64,000 bases of DNA from assembly GCA_038087875.1 (NCBI GenBank), contig JAXLNO010005853.1:62001-126000 (forward strand). The letters run 5' to 3'. Positions within the stretch are counted from its first letter, which is position 1, and each line of letters opens with the position of its first letter. Shown here one piece after another: positions 61,520 through 64,000 of the stretch. A program made the translations under genes and the position numbers. The stretch is from Malacoraja senta. Lineage: Eukaryota. The notes beneath the pieces are model-generated. The model worked only from the letters and a program-made list of their open reading frames with translations, searched no databases and had not been told where the DNA came from.

Positions 61520-62010
61520 ATAGGTTTACAAGAATGATCCCAGGAATTAGTAGGTTAACATATAATGAGTATTTGACGCATTGGGCCTGTACTCGCTGGA
61601 GTTTAGAAGAATGAGGCGGGGACCATCATTGAAACGAACAGAATAATGAAAGGCTTGGACAGAATGGATGTGGGGAGGATGTTTCTAATAGTGAGAGAGT
61701 CCAGGACTAGAGATCATAGCTTCAGAACTAAAGGACATTCCTTTAGGAAGGAGATGAGGAGGAATTTTTATAGTCAGAGGGTGGTGAATCTGTGGAATTC
61801 TTTGCCACAGAAGGCTGCGGAGGCTGTCAATGGATATTTTTAAGGCCAAGATAGATAAATTCTTGATTAGTACAGGTGTCATAGGTTATGGGGAGAAGGC
61901 ATGCGAATGGGGTGAGCAGGGAGAGATAGATCCGCCATGATTGAATGGGGGAGTAGATTTGATGGGCCAAATTGCCTAATTCAGCTCCTTTCCCATAGGA
62001 ATTTATGACC
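61520..62010 (+). mobile_element. CR1 3' fragment (truncated copy at about 50900-51111)
   Basis: Motif LGLYSLEFRRM..RVVNLWNSLPQKA. Confidence 0.8.
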
Positions 62011-62793
62011 TTACTAGACTAACTGGGACCCTTTAGGTCCCATTCTCACACGGGAGGGCTGGTCCCCCAACGCAATATTCCACCTCTCCACCAATTCCAA
62101 TATTCCACCACTCACGCATAGCCCCCAACTGCACAGGCACAGCTGACCCTCTCATCCCCTCACCTCCCCACTCCGCCCCTTGCCCTTCCCACCCCCCATG
62201 CACTCACTCCATCCCCCCCTCAAACCACCCCCTCCCCATCCACTCTTAGAGGCTCTCCGGCAGCGCAACCATTCCCTCCCATTGGGGTCCCATTGTGACG
62301 TAGATAACGCAGGTATTACTGTGCAGGTGCAGCTGATGGGCACGGCAAGTGGAAAAGGGATTTATTAAAGCTTAAAATGTGAATAACTCTTAAAATATAA
62401 CAACAATTTATATGTTAAAGAGGAGATTTATTCAGTCCATTCTTTCTTGTTGCATCTTTTGTTGCGTTCTGCAGCTGGGGGAGGGCGTCGTCTTCAGGCG
62501 GGGGTTATCGGGGGCCGGTCGGGGAGCATCCTGCAGCCTGGGGAGGGGCACGGCTTCAGACGGTGTTGTTGGGGGCCGATGGGGGAGGGGGGAATATCCT
62601 GCAGCCGGGGGAGGGGGTCGGCTTGAGGCAGAGGCCAGTGGGGGGAGCTTTCTGGAGGACTAGTATGGGTGTTGTGGACCAAAGTGACTGGTTTCCAGAG
62701 GGCTGCCATGGCCTACCACTGCCGTGGCCTGCCGCTGGGGGGGGGGTGATGTGTGAGGGGAGAGGGTTGGGGGTGTGTGTGCAGGGGTGGTGA

Positions 62794-63490
62794 GACTTGT
62801 GGACTCACAGTTCACTCACTCACGGCTTGCGGACTCACAGTTCACTCAGCCACATCTTGTGGACTCACAGTTCACACAGCCACAGCTTGTGGACTCACAA
62901 TTCACTCATCTAGGGCTTGCAGACTCACGGTTCACTCAGCCACGGCTTGTGGACTCACAGTTCACTCAGCCACGGCTTGCGGACTCACAGTTCACTCAGC
63001 CACGGCTTGCGGATTCACAGGTCACTCAGCCACGGCTTGCGGACTCACAGTTCACTCGGACACGGCTAGCGGACTCACAGTTCACTCGGCCACGGCTTGC
63101 GGATTCACAGTTCACTTAGTCATGGCTTGTGGACTCACAGTTCACTCAGCCACGACTTGCGGACTCACAGTTCACTCAGCCACGGCTTGCGGACCCACAG
63201 ATCAGTCACTCACAGCTTGCGGACTTGCAGTTCAATCACTCACGGCCTGCGGACTCACAGTTCAGTCACTCACGGCTTGTGGACTCACTGTTCAGTCACT
63301 CACGGCTTGCGGACTCACAGTTCAGTCACCCACGGCTTTCGGACTCACAGTTCAGTCACTCACGGCTTGCGGACTCACAGTTCAGTCACTCACGGCTTGC
63401 GGAATCACAGTTCAGTAACTCACGGCTTGTGGACTCACAGTTCAGTCACTCACGGCTTGTGGACTCACAGTTCAGTCACTCATGGCATGT
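62794..63490 (+). repeat. 30-bp minisatellite, 23 units (ggactcacagttcactcagccacggcttgc and variants)
   Basis: Direct head-to-tail units with no unique spacers. Confidence 0.95.
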
Positions 63491-64000
63491 AGACCTAATG
63501 GAAGGTTTCAGAAAGCATGGGGACCTTTTTTAAATGCATTCCAGGTTTTGCAAATGCTTGATCATCAAGTACAGTTTAACAGCTTAACAGTCTATCCATT
63601 CACTTATCGTGGATTATTGTTGTGACAGGCTGATATTTGCATATGCTCACTGGCAATGACTGGGGAGTGATTATTTTTGGTATCTCGTTTTTTTGGGGGG
63701 GGGGTTTCATTGTTGTCTCGTTATATGTTGGCATAAGTTGTTTTTTATCTATTCTTTTCGTACACTCTATCTGTAAAAAATGGACAACTTTGCACTTTGT
63801 TATGTCTTGAAAACTAAACAATAAGATTTTGATTTTTTTTAAAAGGGAAGAATTCTTCAGGTTACTAGTTTTAAAAATGGCAGACCGATTTTCCTTTTAC
63901 AAACATGAGAAAATAGTCATGAGTCAAACTAATAGCCAGACAAGTCAAACCTGCTTCATCTTTGATGAAAATATAGCTGATATTCCATTGTCCTGCACTA

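Larger units (their letters stand above)
51113..61720 (+). repeat. Tandem segmental duplication, unit 2
   Basis: Same block order as unit 1, expanded by two DNA transposons and a minisatellite. Confidence 0.9.

Noticed and set aside
62794-63490. CRISPR-like array
   Set aside because: The units are head to tail with no unique spacers, the context is eukaryotic, and there are no cas genes.

Overview
Vertebrate genomic DNA, most likely a cartilaginous fish such as a skate or ray. This is inferred from the repeat content: CR1 LINEs with (CTATGTT)n/(CTATTGT)n tails, Penelope fragments, tRNA-derived SINEs, Rex1-like LINEs and TIR DNA transposons. The window is dominated by a large inverted duplication: 593-22061 mirrors 24734-46701, and 1-592 mirrors 57957-58554. 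Its centre holds a ~2.1 kb polypurine (GA) tract and two 200-N gaps. Each arm carries a Siglec-15-like immunoglobulin-superfamily receptor locus, pointing outward from the centre. The right arm has a complete predicted gene: leader (25937-25985), V1, V2, V3, V4 and a C2+TM+tail exon, all joined by phase-1 introns, giving 661 aa by hand splicing. The left arm has open, spliceable copies of V1-V4 and C2/TM, but lacks the 654 bp segment (25445-26098) that holds the only leader exon and presumed promoter. Decayed C2/TM exons behind V2 and V3 indicate that the four-V receptor was built from tandem V-C2-TM units. The 44.8-61.7 kb region is an older two-unit tandem duplication in which each unit took different transposon insertions. 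A 30-bp minisatellite lies near the end. All splice models and alignments were made by eye. Because the palindrome centre falls in assembly gaps, a haplotype mis-join cannot be excluded from sequence alone.
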